Shown here one piece after another: positions 37,654 to 51,219 of a stretch of 64,000 nt of DNA. Source of the DNA: Heterodontus francisci. Taxonomy: Eukaryota. The position numbers and the translations under genes are program-made. The number at the start of each line of letters is the position of its first letter. The stretch's first letter is position 1. The stretch covers positions 120,282,531 to 120,346,530 of the forward strand of contig NC_090383.1 in NCBI RefSeq assembly GCF_036365525.1, in the 5' to 3' direction. The notes beneath the pieces were generated by a model. The model was not told where the DNA came from. It ran no database searches and saw only the letters and a program-made list of their open reading frames with translations.

Positions 37654-39809
37654 CACTTGTGCACGTCAAAGGAGATTGAGTTGCATATTCTTAACAAGGC
37701 TGAATCTGTACACATTGAACTCCTTCTTGGCAGAATTTTTAGTAACACTTGAATGTTAACAAATGTAAAGATTCACAATGGGAATTCTCCATTCTAAAGT
37801 GTTGCCCGTGTGATGTGGTTGCATGATCCATGACTAGGTGATGATGTGGGATGTGTCTCTCAGCCAGCAGTGAAATTTAAACAGCGAGCATCTTTATAAG
37901 AACTTAAACTGATTATACTATGCAAATATAAATTATTTGTTAAGTGCCACAGCAAACTAAAAGTCTCTTTCTTAACTGAAATCGTCTTTAGTGTTTTTAA
38001 CTTGCCCTTCAAGTCAGCAAATATATGATAGTCTCTCACAGTGCTTTGAAAAGTAAGTGCCTGGTGAAACCAGTGAACGTCAGTTCACAGCTACAGGGGC
38101 AGGAAACACTGGCAGTAACGGTAAGAAGGGAAATTTATTCACTGCTGCCCAACTGCTCCCTTAATTTATTGAGTTGTTGGCATGCCCATTCTTGATGGAT
38201 TTATTAACGTTCCTCCATTAATCCATTCATCTATTGACAGATCCACTGTTTCACTGATTTATTTTTGTGTGCCCATGGCTCTAAATTTCATTCAGTGCCC
38301 AATGTTCCATTAACTTACTGATTGTTGCTGTTCCCACTGCTCCCATTTATTCACTCACGCTCACTAACTGCTCCACTTGTTTTTTAACCAGAAGTTTGGA
38401 TTTGCTAGCTCTCCTTGCCTGTGATTAATCCAGTCAGACGATACTTGGAGAAGCTGAGCTCCACAGCTTCTCGACTTGCCTAACCTCTTTGTGCTGCCCA
38501 ATTCCAATTTTGGGCTGGAATGCTATCCAATCAAAATCAACAACAATTTGAGTTTCTGGGGCCTTTAATGTAATAAAAAGTCCCAAGGCATTTCATAGAT
38601 GCATTATTAGACAACATTTGACATAGAGCCACGTAAGGAGACATGAAGACAGCGTTAAGTTGATTTTAAGGTGTATCCCAATGAAGGTAGTGAGGCAGAG
38701 AGCTTTAGGGATGGAATTCCAGAGCTTATGGCCACCTGCTAAAATGGTGGAATGAAGGAAGTGGGGGATGCACAAGAAGTCAGTCAGAATTGGAAGAGTG
38801 CAGAGCTCTTGGGGGTTTGGAGAATGTTCTAGAGATAGGGTGGGGTGAGGTGGAGAGATATGAACACAAGGATGAGCATGTTCAACTCACTTACCTGGCT
38901 GAATTCTTTTCCCCTTGTGGTTAATGTTGAAACAAGCACTCATACTGACTCACTCAACCCATTTACAATCACCCATCCATTTGATAGCTTTCTCCTCTCT
39001 GGCAGACCCCCACCTCCTGCTATTTCCATCTCATTGACCTGTGCTGCGACTTCAGAAAAACATAAACCCCAGGACTCACTTATTCCAATAAGCGTTTAGG
39101 CAAGGGACATGGGCCTAGAGATATGGCTGCACAGCACCCGTCTCCCAGGCACTAAACGGCCTCCTAAGATTCCAATATGGCAGGTAGGAGGTTCACACTT
39201 TTATGGGCCAATAGTTCCGCCTGCCATCCTGGTAAAGACCAGACAATCAGCATGCAGTAATCATGCCTGAATCCAGCATTAGTCCCTTTGCAAATACAAA
39301 CAAGGGGCTTTAAACTTACTTCACACAACATCATCAGCACATTCAAGGGTCCTAACGCTTGTTTTAGCTGCCATCCCCGATGCCTAAAAACCTTCCAGGG
39401 TGGTTGAATGCTTCCAGATGTTCTTGGGACGTAGTGTGGGCCCTATAAAATTGGTCATTTTTGCTCCTATTTTCTATCTGAATAAGGGGTGCAACAATGA
39501 CTAATTTCAAGCCCATTATTCCTCCAAAGTCTCTCCAAAGGAAACAATTCCAAGCTGCTCAGATTCTCCTCATTGACCCTGTTCCCAGAAGATAGAAACT
39601 TTTATTTCACAACCTGCATTTCCCCAACTCATTTTGAAATAACGACATTTTCAGCGTTTACCGGACAATATAACTATGAGGAAATATATTATTAAGGGGA
39701 ATTTGAATAACAGAAGCAAAGACATCCTTGCGCTGACAGTAATAAACCACATTGTACCCAAATTCCTCTTTATTTTTGCAGCTCAGATAGTAACCAGGTC
39801 ATCTTTGGT

Positions 39810-42730
39810 TGGGAGTAGGGTGGGGGTGTAGTGGGGTGTGGGTGTGTGTTGGGGGGTGGTGGGGTGTGTGGGGGTTGTGTCGGGGGGTGTGGGTGGAGGG
39901 AGTGGGGGTGTGTGGGGTGGGGATGGGGAGTGTGTGTCGGGCAATGAGAGGTGTTGCATGGGGGGTGCAGGGAAGATGGGGGTGTGTGCGGGGATGGAGG
40001 TGTGTGGGGGGGATGTGGGTGTGTGTGGGGGGATGGGAGGATCGGGGGAGGTGTGGGGGGATGGGTGTGGGGGGGGGGGATGGGGGGGGTGTGGGGGGAT
40101 GGGAAGGTGGGAGGATGGGGGGTGTGGGGGGATCGGGGTGAGGGAGGATGGGAGGGTGGGAGGATAGGGGGGGTATGGGGGGATGGGGGTGTGGGAGGAT
40201 GGGGGGTGTGTGTAGGGGGATGGGGGGTTTGGGGGGGCGATGGGAGGGTGGGAAGATGGGGGGTGTGTGTGGGGGGATGGGAGGGTGGGAGGATGGAGGG
40301 GTGTGGGGGGATGGGGGTGTGGGAGGATGGGGGTGTGGGAGGATGGGGGTGCAGGGGGGATGGGGGGTGTGGGGGGGGATGGGGGTGTGGGGGGGGGATG
40401 GGGGTGTGGGGGGAGATGGGGGTGTGGGAGGATGGGGGGTGTGGGGGGGATGGGGGTGTGGGAGGATGGGGATTTGGGGGGGATGGGAGGGTGGGAGGAT
40501 GGGGGGGTGTGGGGGGGGATGGGGGTGTGGGAAGATGTGGGTGTGGGGGGAGATGGGGGTGTGGGAGGATGGGAGGTGTGGGGGAGATGATGGTGTGGGA
40601 GGATGGGGGGGTGTGTGGGGGAATGGGTGTGTGGGGGGGGATGGGAGGGTGGGAGGATGGGGGTGTGTGTGGGGGGATGGGGGGGTGTGGGGGGATGGGA
40701 GGGTGGGAGGATGGGTGGTTTGTGGGGGGGGATGGGAGGGTGGGAGGATGGGGGATGGTGTGTGGGGGGGGATGGGAGGGTGGGAGGATGGGGGGTCTGT
40801 GGGGGGCGATGGGAGGGTAGGAGGATTGGGGCTGCAGGGAGGATGGGGGGGTGTGGGGGGGGGGTGTGGGAGGATGGGGGGTGCAGGGAGGATGGGGGGG
40901 GTGTGGGGGGATGGGAGGGTGGGAGGATGGGGGGTGCAGGGAGGATGGGGGGTGTGGGGGATGGGGGTGTGGGAGGATGGGGGGTGCAGGGAGGATGGGG
41001 GGGGGTGTGGGGGGATGGGGGGTGCAGGGAGGATGGGGGGGTGTGGGGGGATGGGGGTGTGGGAGGATGGGGGGTGCAGGGAGGATGGGGGGGTTTTGGG
41101 GAATGGGGGTGTGGGGGGATGGGGGTGCAGGGAGGATGGGGGGGTGTGGGGGGGATGGGGGTGTGGGGGGATGGGGGGTGCAGGGAGGATGGGGGGGTGT
41201 GGGGGGATGGGGGTGTGGGAGGATGGGGGGTGCAGGGAGGATGGGGGGGTGTGGGGGGGATGGGGGTGTGGGGGGATGGGGGGTGCAGGGAGGATGGGGG
41301 GGGTGTGGGGGGGATGGGGGGGGGTGTGGGAGGATGGGAGGTTGGGAGGATGGGGGGGGAGTCTGGGGGGATGGGGGGTGCAGGGAGGATGGGGGGGTGT
41401 GGGGATGGGGGGGTGTGGGGGGGGGTGGGGGGGTGGGAGGATGGGGGTGTGTGTGTGGGGGGATGGGGGGTTTGTGAGGGGGGATGGGAGGGTGGGAGGA
41501 TGGGGGGGTTTGTGGGGGGATGGGGGTGTGGGAGGATGGGGGTGCAGGGAGGATGGGGGGTGTGGGGGGATGGGGGTGTGGGAGGATGGGGGGGGTGCAG
41601 GGAGGATGGGGAGTGGACTGGGGGGATGGGGGGTGGGAGGATGGTGGAGGGGTGTGGGAGGATGGGGGGTGCAGGGAGGATGGGGTTGGTGTGGTGGGAT
41701 GGGGGTGTGGGAGGATGGGGTGTTTGGGGGGGATGGGAGGGTGGGAGGATGGGGGGTGTGTGGGGGGATGGGAGGGTGGGAGGATGGGGGTGGTGTGGTG
41801 GGATGGGGGTGTGGGAGGATGGGGTGTTTGGGGGGGGATGGGAGGGTGGGAGGATGGGGGGTGTGTGGGGGGATGGGAGGGTGGGAGGATGGGGGTGGTG
41901 TGGTGGGATGGGGGTGTGGGAGGATGGGGGGTGTGGGGGGATGGGGGTGTGGGAGGATGTGGGGTGTGGGGGGAGATGGGGGTGTGGGAGGATGGGGGGG
42001 TGTGTGGGGGGATGGGTGTGTGGGAGGATGTGGGGTGTGGGGGGGAATGGGGGTGTGGGAGGATGTGGGGTGTGGGGAGAGATGGGGGTGTGGGAGGATG
42101 GGGGGTTTGGGGGGGATGGGTGTGTGGGAGGATGTGGGGTGTGGGGGGGAATGGGGGTGTGGGAGGATGTGGGGTGTGGGGAGAGATGGGGGTGTGGGAG
42201 GATGTGGGGTGTGGGGAGAGATGGGGGTGTGGGAGGATGGGGGGTTTGGGGGGGATGGGAGGGTGGGAGGATGGGAGGTGTGGGGGGATGGGGGTGTGGG
42301 AGGATGTGGGGTGTGGGGGGAGATGGGGGTGTGGGAGGATGGGGGGGTGTGTGGGGGATGGGTGTGTGGGAGGATGTGGGGTGTGGGGGGAGATGGGAGG
42401 GTGGGAGGATGGGGGGTGTGTGGGGATGGGGGGGTGTGGGGGGGGATGGGAGGGTGGGAGGATGTGGGGTGTGGGGGGATGGGGGGTGTGGGGGGGATGG
42501 GAGGGTGGGAGGATGGGGGGTGTGGGGGGAGATGGGGGTGTGGGAGGATGGGGGGTGTGGGGGGAGATGGGGGTGTGGGAGGATGGGGGGGTATGGGGGG
42601 AGATGGGGGTGTGGGGGGGGATGGGAGGGTGGGAGGATGGGGGGGTGTGGGGGGATGGGGGTGTGGGAGGATGGGGGGTGCAGGGAGGATGGAGGTATTG
42701 TGTGGGGGGGGGGGTTGTTGTGTGGGGGGT
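39810..42730 (+). repeat. G-rich minisatellite / low-complexity array (units such as GTGGGAGGATGGGGGT and GTGGGGGGATGGGAGG)
   Basis: About 2.9 kb with very few C on the + strand and dense G-runs. Confidence 0.95.
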
Positions 42731-43399
42731 TGCTGCGTGTGCAGGATATGGAAGCAGATTCTACCATTTTACACTACTTACTGCCATAAGTCCATCAATA
42801 ACTCTCAGCTGATCCTGTCTCCCAGGGGTTAACAGCCAGTTAATGGGCATGTTAGAAAGTCAACTACAACTCACTGCCTGAAAGGCTGACAGAGGCAGAA
42901 AGCCTCACCATAGTTAAAGTACAATGATATACACTTGAGATGCTGTGATCTAAAGACTACGAACCAAGAGCTGGAATGTGGCATTAGGTTGGATTGCTCT
43001 TTTTCAGCTAGCACACACATGATGGGCTGAATGGGCTCCTCTGTGCTGTTAGTTGTGATGATTTCTGTGGCTACATATTCCTTCCAGAATTTCAAATCCC
43101 TCTTTAAAGCAATTCCAAACATCATTTCTTTTTCATGTTTTTTTCTATTTGTGCCATTCACAGAGTTAAATATTTTAGGGAAATTAATTTCTTTCTCTCG
43201 TTTTTTCTCCCCCCCCCCCCCCCCCCCACTTAATATTTTCTCCCCAACTCTCCTCCTTTCCTGAAGGCATTTCCTCCTTGCTGGGGTAAACTTTCACAAG
43301 TGCTGCATGCCTGTTGGCTTTTGGCCAAATACGGTCACGTGTGACCCCTGACAATGATTGTTGCAAGGATTAAATCATAGGAGGAATTAATCAATGCAG

Positions 43400-43720
43400 G
43401 GAGACGATGACATGGTGGTAATGTCAAGGAACTAGTAATCCAGAGGCCCAAGCTAGTACCATGGGGACAGAGACTCAAACCTGGAATTGACAGCTAGTCT
43501 CAGTAATGTGAAACCATCGTCGGTTGTCGTAAAGCCCCATCTGGGAAGGAAATCTGCCGTCCTTACTTGGTCTGGCCTACATGTGACTCCAGACCACAGC
43601 AATAGGGTTGACTTTTAACTGCCCTCTGAAATCGCCTAGCAAGCCACTCAGTTGTCAAGGGCAATTAGAGATGGGTAACAAATGCTGGCCTTGCCAGTGG
43701 TGCCCACATCCCATAAAAAT
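43400..43720 (+). mobile_element. SINE of the 15073-15469 family
   Basis: Same head, body and tail, with junction 'cactcagttgtcaagggcaattag'. Confidence 0.75.
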
Positions 43721-44113
43721 AGCTACATATGTGTATTTCTAGTACGTATACTTCATGACGATAAGGAGTAGGAGTCTTGCTAATTTTCATCTAAAGCAGA
43801 GGGCAGCTGCAGGACCTTTACAGCCCTGACTCAGATCAGCTAATTCTGTGCTTCCCCCGGGAGTAGTCACCTGATTCACAACACCACGGTTCAGCTACTT
43901 ACTGGCCAACCATTGGAAAACACAATCCACCAAGTTTTGCTGAAACCACAGATTAGATGTTTTTCATCTGTGTACAGTTTTCTTTTACTATTTTTAGTTG
44001 AGGATTTCTCTGCTGGTGTGAAATTTATTGAGTCATTTCTTTCATGCCAGAGTTCCTTTCTTTTCTATTTACGAAATCTTGAATTTTGTACAGTAGATGC
44101 AGGGAATTTCATT

Positions 44114-44809
44114 GGCCGGAATTTTACGTTGGGCGGGAGGCCCTGCCCACCAGCCGAAAAGTTGGGAGCGAGCCCATCTACACCGGCCTGGGGAGCCATG
44201 CCGGAATTTTTCACTCCCCAGGCCCTTAATTGGTCTTGGGCAGGACTTCCACCTCCTTGAGGCAGGATGTCCTGCCTAATGGAGCTGCCGGCCAATCAGC
44301 AGGCCAGCAGCTCTTCGTCCCAGCAGCGCCACCGGGAGCCCCAGAACTCAGGTAATTTTTAGAGCCTCGCTAGGGACAATCGGCTGGGCCCCTGCGAGGC
44401 AAGGGTCATTGGTTTGGGGGTGGGGGATGGTGGTTGTGCGTTGGGGGTGATTGGGGCTTTGGGGTGGCCCTTCGTGGGGCACAGGGTGCCCGATCAGGAG
44501 GCCCCCACCCAGCCCGCAAGAAGGTCACCTGGTTTACCAGGCAGTGTTCTTGAGGCCTTTGCCATTCGGCCGGCGAGGGTAGAATACCCGCGGTGGCAGG
44601 AGGAGATCCTTAAATGCCAGCCAATTGGCCACTTAAGGGCCTTGATTGTCCTGGGGCGGGAGAGCCATCCCTCGCCACTGCCACACTGTGTAAAATTGCA
44701 GAGCGGGTGGGAGAGGTTCAGGAACAGCCCCATCTCCCCCTCAATTTTACGCCCCCCCCCCCCAACCCGCCACTAGCTCACTCGTTGCGGGGGCTGTAAA
44801 ATTCCGGCC
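44114..44809. mobile_element. PIF/Harbinger-type MITE
   Basis: Perfect 14-bp TIR GGCCGGAATTTTAC; 3-bp TSD ATT (44111-44113, 44810-44812). Confidence 0.85.
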
Positions 44810-45307
44810 ATTGACTCTCTTCTGTTCTTTCTCAATGACAGACAACCTAAAGACAGGCGTCTCATTAACATAATATAATCATGGGTTCGCCTCTCGAGAG
44901 TGCTTACTCAGACGCATCCCCTTCCCCCAACTCAATTAAACTGGAAGTAGGCATGTTCGTGAAGGGTTGCGGTTGGGGTGACCTTCCCCCACCTGTCAAG
45001 GAGGGATTAAAATTTCCCACTGTGAAATTGCTACAGAGCACCAGCTCAACATAAGGAGGAAAGCAATTTGTGCAATGAATACATTGGAAGTGTGTGTAAG
45101 AGCAAGAATGTTAATTTCATGTGTAACTTCAATCAGCTAAATATAAACTGTGAAAACCCATTTGTGTACTTGTGACTGCTTCTTAATCTAATGTGTTAAG
45201 GAAGCAATGCTCATCTTGACGTGGTTGTGCTGTTTCTCGGGACTGGAGTGAGGTTTAGCTAAGATTATAATCAGATATGAGTCAAAGACTGAGACAGCAG
45301 CAGAAAG

Positions 45308-45907
45308 ATTTTGAACCTCCTTCTGGAATGTGCCTTTGCAAAGCAGGTGTGGAAAGAGATGCAGTGGTTTTTGTCGAGGTTCATCCCAAGCAGCTCTGTA
45401 ACACAGGAGTCTGTGCTCTATGGGCTGTTCCCAGGGACGCACACCGAGACAAACATCAACTGCTGCTGGAGGACTATCAATTCGGTGAAAGCTCCCTTTG
45501 GTCTGCCCGAAACTTGCTGGTCTTCCAGCGCAAAGAGTTGTCCATGACCGAATGTTGCAGACTGGCACATTCCAAGGTCCAGGACTATGTGCTGAGGGAC
45601 GCACTAAAGCTTGGGGCAGCCGCAGCAAAGGCTCAATGGGGAAAGGCCACTGTGTAAGATCCTCCCACCAAAGTGAACTGAGGGGTTGGATCCATGGGAA
45701 ACCCCTCGGGCTGTATACACCAAATATGGATTTGCTATAAAATGTACATAGCATGTAAATGCAATGGAAGGGTTGTGATGCAACTCACTCCTGTATGGAA
45801 GAAAACTGATTTCCTTTACATTTTCTGGAATATCAACTTGGTGCTGTTTTGTAATGTAATTTTTTTTTACAGATTGTTATGAATAACGTGTATTTTTGGG
45901 GAAAAAA
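45308..45907 (+). mobile_element. Tx1/L1-clade LINE 3' end
   Basis: LLLECAFAKQVW (end of zinc knuckle)...LWSARNLLVFQ... C-terminus followed by 3' UTR and A-tail. Confidence 0.75.
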
Positions 45908-46353
45908 GCTGAAAGGTGTTGAACATAAAGACTTCTTTATTCTGTTTTAGTGTCACTTTGCTGGTATGTGTGTTCTGGAGCAGCCTCTAGGGTGCACAAT
46001 GCAATTGTAATTTCAAAACACTCCAACACTGCAGTGGTGTTCATAGATGACCCAGAAAATATAAAGGAAATGGAAGTCATATCACACTAAAGGACAGCAA
46101 CAACAGAACGATAATGTTCAACATGACCTGGGTGTCTGAAGTACCCGAGACCAGGAGGCAGGAACAGAAGCTTAGTGCTCCCCTTCCCCAGGCTTTCTGT
46201 CTCTTCCCTGACTACGTTCACCTCAATGACCCCGCTTCCCCAGAAACTCTTACCCTACACTAGGGATTGTTCCCTCACCACACTTACGCCCTGTTAGATT
46301 TGGGCCTATGGTCTCTCTTACCTTTTCAGCCATCTTAATGCTGCTGTCTCTTA

Positions 46354-47043
46354 GGCTGGAATTTTTCTTGGGCAGGTGATCCTGTACACAGGCCAAAGAG
46401 TCAGTGGCGAGCTCGCCTCTGCTGGGTCTGGAGAGCCAGACTGAGATTTTTCGCTCCCCAGGCCCTAAATTGGTCTTGGGCAGGACTTCCACCTCTCTGA
46501 GGCAGGAAGTTCTGCCTAATGGAGCTGTCAGCCAATCAGCAGGACAGCAGCTTTTAGTCCCAGCAGCACCACTGGGAGCGGTGGACTACACCCAGCCAAT
46601 GGAAGCACGAGGGACGATGGCCCCGATAATCAGTTGCAAGGGGCAAGGGGTTGGGGGGGGGGGGCAGCCCTCCATGGGGCACAGGGTGCCCAATCAGGAG
46701 GGCCCCCCCCCACCAACCTGCAAGAAGGCTGCCTGGTTTCACCCGGTGAGCTGTTTGAGGCCTCAGCCACCTGCCAGCCAAGGGTAAAAGACCCATGGCA
46801 GTGGACAGAGGCCCTTAAGTGCTAGTTATTTGGCCACTTAAGGGCTTTGATTGGCTTGGGGTGGGCGGGCTGTTTCTTGCCACCGCTGCCCTGAGTAAAA
46901 TTGCACCGGGGGCGGGAGGGAGTGCGGAACGGCCCCTCCCTCCTGCCTCCCACTCAATTTTACGTCCCCCGCCCCCAACCCGCTCAGTGGGCGGGGTGGG
47001 GGGGAATGGGGGGGGGGGGGGGGGAAAGCGTAAAATTCCGGCT
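46354..47043. mobile_element. PIF/Harbinger-type MITE, same family as 44114-44809
   Basis: GGCTGGAATTTT...AAAATTCCGGCT; TSD TTA (46351-46353, 47044-47046); interior aligns with 44114-44809. Confidence 0.8.
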
Positions 47044-47654
47044 TTAGTCTCTTTGGAGTTTGTCTGTTTCTCTTCTTTTCTGCCTCTCTCCTTCTGTCTT
47101 TCTATTTCTTTCTCTGCCCTGTTTCATTCCTTTTCAATGAGATGTAGTGAATGGTGCGGTAGAGAAGAGAGACTCTAACAGCAGCAGCTGTATTTCTGAT
47201 GGGGTTTATGGGAAATGAGACCCTCAGTTATCTCCCTTCCCAACCCCCTCCACCAATTACTCATGTTTTTCATGAACAATCTTGCTCCCATCAATACTCC
47301 TCTCTCTTATGATCTGGAATGTGCACCTGAAATAGCGGAGGATGCAGATTCAATAGCAATTATTCAAAAGCAATTAGATAAATACTTGGAAAGGAAATAT
47401 TTGCAGAGCGATGGAAAAAGAGCAGAGGAGTGGGAATAATTGGCTCGCTCTTTTAAAGAGCTAGCACAGAAAAGATGGGATGAATGGATGCTCCTATGCT
47501 CTTTGATTCCTACTGAGACACAATTATACCAAAGGTTAAACACCAGGTTTACAACTTCATACTGGCTAAATTCAAAGAGATGGGGGATGAATTGAGACAA
47601 ATGGACTGGAGGATTGATCCTCATTCAGAAACATCATAAAATTGGTCATAACTA

Positions 47655-48325
47655 AAACCAGAAAGTGCTGGAAATACTCAGAAGGTCCAGCAACCTCTGT
47701 GGAGAGAGAAACAGATTTAACGTTTTAGGTTGATGATCTTTTATCAGAACTGGAAGAAGTTAGAGATGTTATAGATTTTAAGCAAGTACAGAGGCAGGGG
47801 AGGGGAAGAAAGAACTAAAGGGAAGGTCTGTGATAGGGTGGAAGATAGGAGAGATTAAATGACGTAAGGGATGATGGTGCAAGGCAGAAGGGACAAGTGA
47901 AGAAACAAAAGTCATGGCTAGAGGAGAAGTAAAGTGGTTACAGCAGAACCATCACCAACAGCTGCAGTCCAAAAAAATGGGCAGAGGTAATGATCTGAAA
48001 TTGCTGAACTCAGTGTTGAACCTGGAAGGCTGTAAAGAGTCTAACTGAAAGATGAGGTGTTGTTCCTCAAGTTTGAATTGAGTTTCATTGGAAGACTGCA
48101 GGAGGCCGAGGGCAGAGAGGTTAGAGTGGGAGTGGGGTGGAGAATTAAAATGATAGGCGACTGGAAACTTGGGGTCACGTGTGTAGTCTGAATGGAAGCA
48201 TTCAGCAAAGTGGTCAACAATCTGTGTGTGTTCTCTCCAGTGTAGAGGAAACTGTATCGTGAACTGTGAATACATTATACCAAACTGAAAGAAGCACACG
48301 TAAATCACAGTTTCACCTGGGTGGA
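47655..48325 (-). mobile_element. Penelope-like element fragment (GIY-YIG endonuclease C-terminus plus terminal repeat)
   Basis: PVAYHFNSPPHSHSNLSALGL...KLEEQHLIFQLDSLQPSRFNTEFSNFR. Confidence 0.75.
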
Positions 48326-49686
48326 GTATTTGGAGATTGGGAAGGGGTAAATTGGTCAAATGGGTGCCAATGAGGAACAAAGGGAGGGTAAATACTCAAG
48401 GGAATATACATATAATGGAACTTTGAAAAGATACATTTCAGATAGTGAGCAATTAAAATAACTGTTCCGATGGGAGTACGTTAGCTGCCAATTTCAGGGG
48501 AGATGGATCAAGCCAATGTTACCAGCTGAAGGGAATCATTGTACATTCCTCTGCTATGAAAGCATTCTCTCTTTAAATATAACATATGTTATATTGAGAA
48601 TGACAGGGTCTCCTGCTCAGCTCACTCTCACTTACTATATCTCTCAGCCTTTAGACTGAGTATCAGACTGCACCACAGGTGGAATAGCAGCAATGGCCAG
48701 TGTTTCATGCTTCCCAATTTTCCAAGACTCTGTGTCATGGAAATGACTTTTATTTCTTTGCTCTCTCCTTTTATCTTCTGCACATATCATTCCTGCCCCA
48801 TAACCATTTCCAGATCCCCACCATAGCACTTTACACGTCATCCCATATTGTTGATTTTTCCAGGAGTGGTTTCTGGGGGTGGGGGGGAGGTGGGGTGGGG
48901 GGGGGGGGGTGCAGGTTTGCTCTCTGTGCATCCCCCAGGCCTTGTATAAATAACACAAGTCCACCTCCGGGTTCATTGAAAATATGTAGGAAAGAAGAAG
49001 AAATAAGTTCTTTTCATTACTTCTTGTCAAATGATGGTATTTTTGTCAAAGACATACTTGTGTTAAGGAAAAACATTATTTTTACATGTAAACTTCTCTG
49101 GAAATATAGGTCATATATGTGTCAGTTGTGATTACAGGAACAAGCATGCAACACAACCTGTTAAATTTTAGGTATTGTTCATGTATTCTGGGAAATTTTC
49201 TTCACGTACCACTTTACATTTTAATGTATAGTTTTTTGAAGTGGGGATGAAGTGTAGTATATTGTAATAGCTGAGCATTTTGTTATACTGCCCTCTCTGC
49301 TGCCCCCTCTGTTGGGGAGGTGTAAGTAAATTTGGTTCAATACTGGCTGCTTGCTGCGAGTCCACATATTTGTCTTACTTAATACATAACAGTACCAATA
49401 TCCAAAACTAACAGCTACCAACAGCATATCTATAGCAGGAGTTAGGAGTTCAGTTGCAATGTATGTCCTTTTGGGCTGAATTTATCCTGTGGGGTTGTTG
49501 GTTAGGACAGTGCAATGTGAAAACCAAAGCTCAGGATCTGTTTAAAACAACGAGGCTATAAATTAATGATGATAATAGCAATATCCATTCGTAAACATGC
49601 AGGTTTTTTTAAATAATAGATTCAGTTTCAAGTTCTATATTATTGTTCCTCACCTGTTCTGATCTTCAATTATTTTCTATTCACAG

Positions 49687-50037
49687 GTCTGGAGGCAAGT
49701 ACAGTTCTTATCCAATCCCCAGATGTTGTGAAGGTGTCCAAGGGTGGAACAGTGAAGTTTCGCTGTGACTTACAGAGCAGCAATGTAGATTACACTGTGG
49801 AGAAATATGATGTACACTGGTACCGCACAGCAAATAAGAAACAGATATTGAGTCTTTATGTAAATGACGAGGTTTACCGATCAAACGGAATCGCTGAGCG
49901 GTTTCAGCCTTCCAGAGATGTTGTCAATAACAGTTACATTCTGACCATCACAGACACACAGCTCAGTGACAGCACTGTCTATATCTGTGGGATTTGGGGG
50001 AAACTCTTTGGAAAAGGAACCCGGCTGAATGTAACCA
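49687..50037 (+). CDS. Germline-joined VJ-type Ig V-set domain exon (V1)
   Basis: Acceptor ttttctattcacAG (ends 49686) and donor GTAAGT at 50038, phase 1/1. Translation LIQSP...VKFRC...VHWYR...RFQPSRDVVNNSYILTITDTQLSDSTVYICGIWGKLFGKGTRLNVT has the canonical Cys, Trp, D-x-x-x-Y-x-C and FGxG. Confidence 0.92.
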
Positions 50038-51219
50038 GTAAGTACTTTCTATATTACATTGATTTTATTCCAAATAATATTACCATGCAAACATCTCATT
50101 TAAATAAATCGTTGTCACTTTTACAGTAACAACAGTGAAAATTTAACCACAGAATAGAGGGTAAAATCTGGGCCAAACTCAACTAGTTTTTAACAGAACA
50201 AATGACTCAATCTAGCCTTTACTTACAGGGTGAAACAGTATAAGCATACACCTCCTCAATCAACCACACCAGTTTCAGTGAGAGTCTCTTTATATCTGCT
50301 CATGTGCAATTCCAATTAATGCCTTCCATCTGCATATCATTAAACATAATTGATATACAATTAACACCCACCCCCGGTTCCAGAGTGTCAGCTAAGAAAA
50401 AATCTAGTCCCTCATCTCCAATGCAACATACCTCTTTGAGAGGCTAGTGCACGTTTCCTATGAACACCATGTAGAGAAAGGATTGAGGGTAACTGGGGCA
50501 CATATTGTAGTCTGGCTCGGCAGCTGCAATATCCATCATCAATAGTATCAAGATTAACGGAGCTGGCGTGTCCTGAAGCTGCCAGACTGGGCTGGTGGTA
50601 GGTGGTGAGGGAACTACTTATTTAGCCTTGTTCTCCTCAATCTACAACAACAGCTTGCATTTATATAGCACCTTTAATGTAGTAAAATGTCCCAGGGTGC
50701 TTCACAGAACTGTTTTCAAACAGCGTTTGACACCGAGCCACATAAGGAGAGATTCGGACAGGTGACACATGTTGTAACTTTGATTTATGTCAGAACCATT
50801 GAAGATGATACTGGACCGAGGGGATTCACCTATGAATTCGGAAACTTTAGAAGCTGATTGATCTAGAGTAAGAGACCCAAGAATATAACAGGCGGAACTG
50901 TGTCACAGGGCTTCTCCTGTAGCAGAGGTGGCAAAGCTAGGTCTCCACAGACTTGGGAAACTAGGTGTGCCAGAGCCAATTCCAAGAGGCTGCCAATCAC
51001 CTGAGGTACAAATTCATCACTTATTCTGCCCACTCTCCTCTTCCAAATCCATGGGAGCCACTGGCAAGGCCCAGTGGAATGTCCAAGCTAAACAGTGTGG
51101 TTAGAGATGAAATACAGAGCTTGACAGCATCAATACAGTGGCTGGAGGTCTGTGTAAAAATGTAACATCATTAAAAAAAGATTGCACAGAGAACGATGCA
51201 GAAACAACAGGACAGGAAC

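Noticed and set aside
38096-38126. Possible 24-nt phase-1 micro-exon (ag|gggcaggaaacactggcagtaacg|gtaaga) in intron 1
   Set aside because: Weak polypyrimidine tract; the leader already joins V1 sensibly; no independent support.
39783-42832. Long Pro/His-rich and Gly/Trp-rich ORFs (up to 994 aa) on both strands
   Set aside because: Low-complexity array that is open in several frames because of base composition; no frame conservation or splice context.
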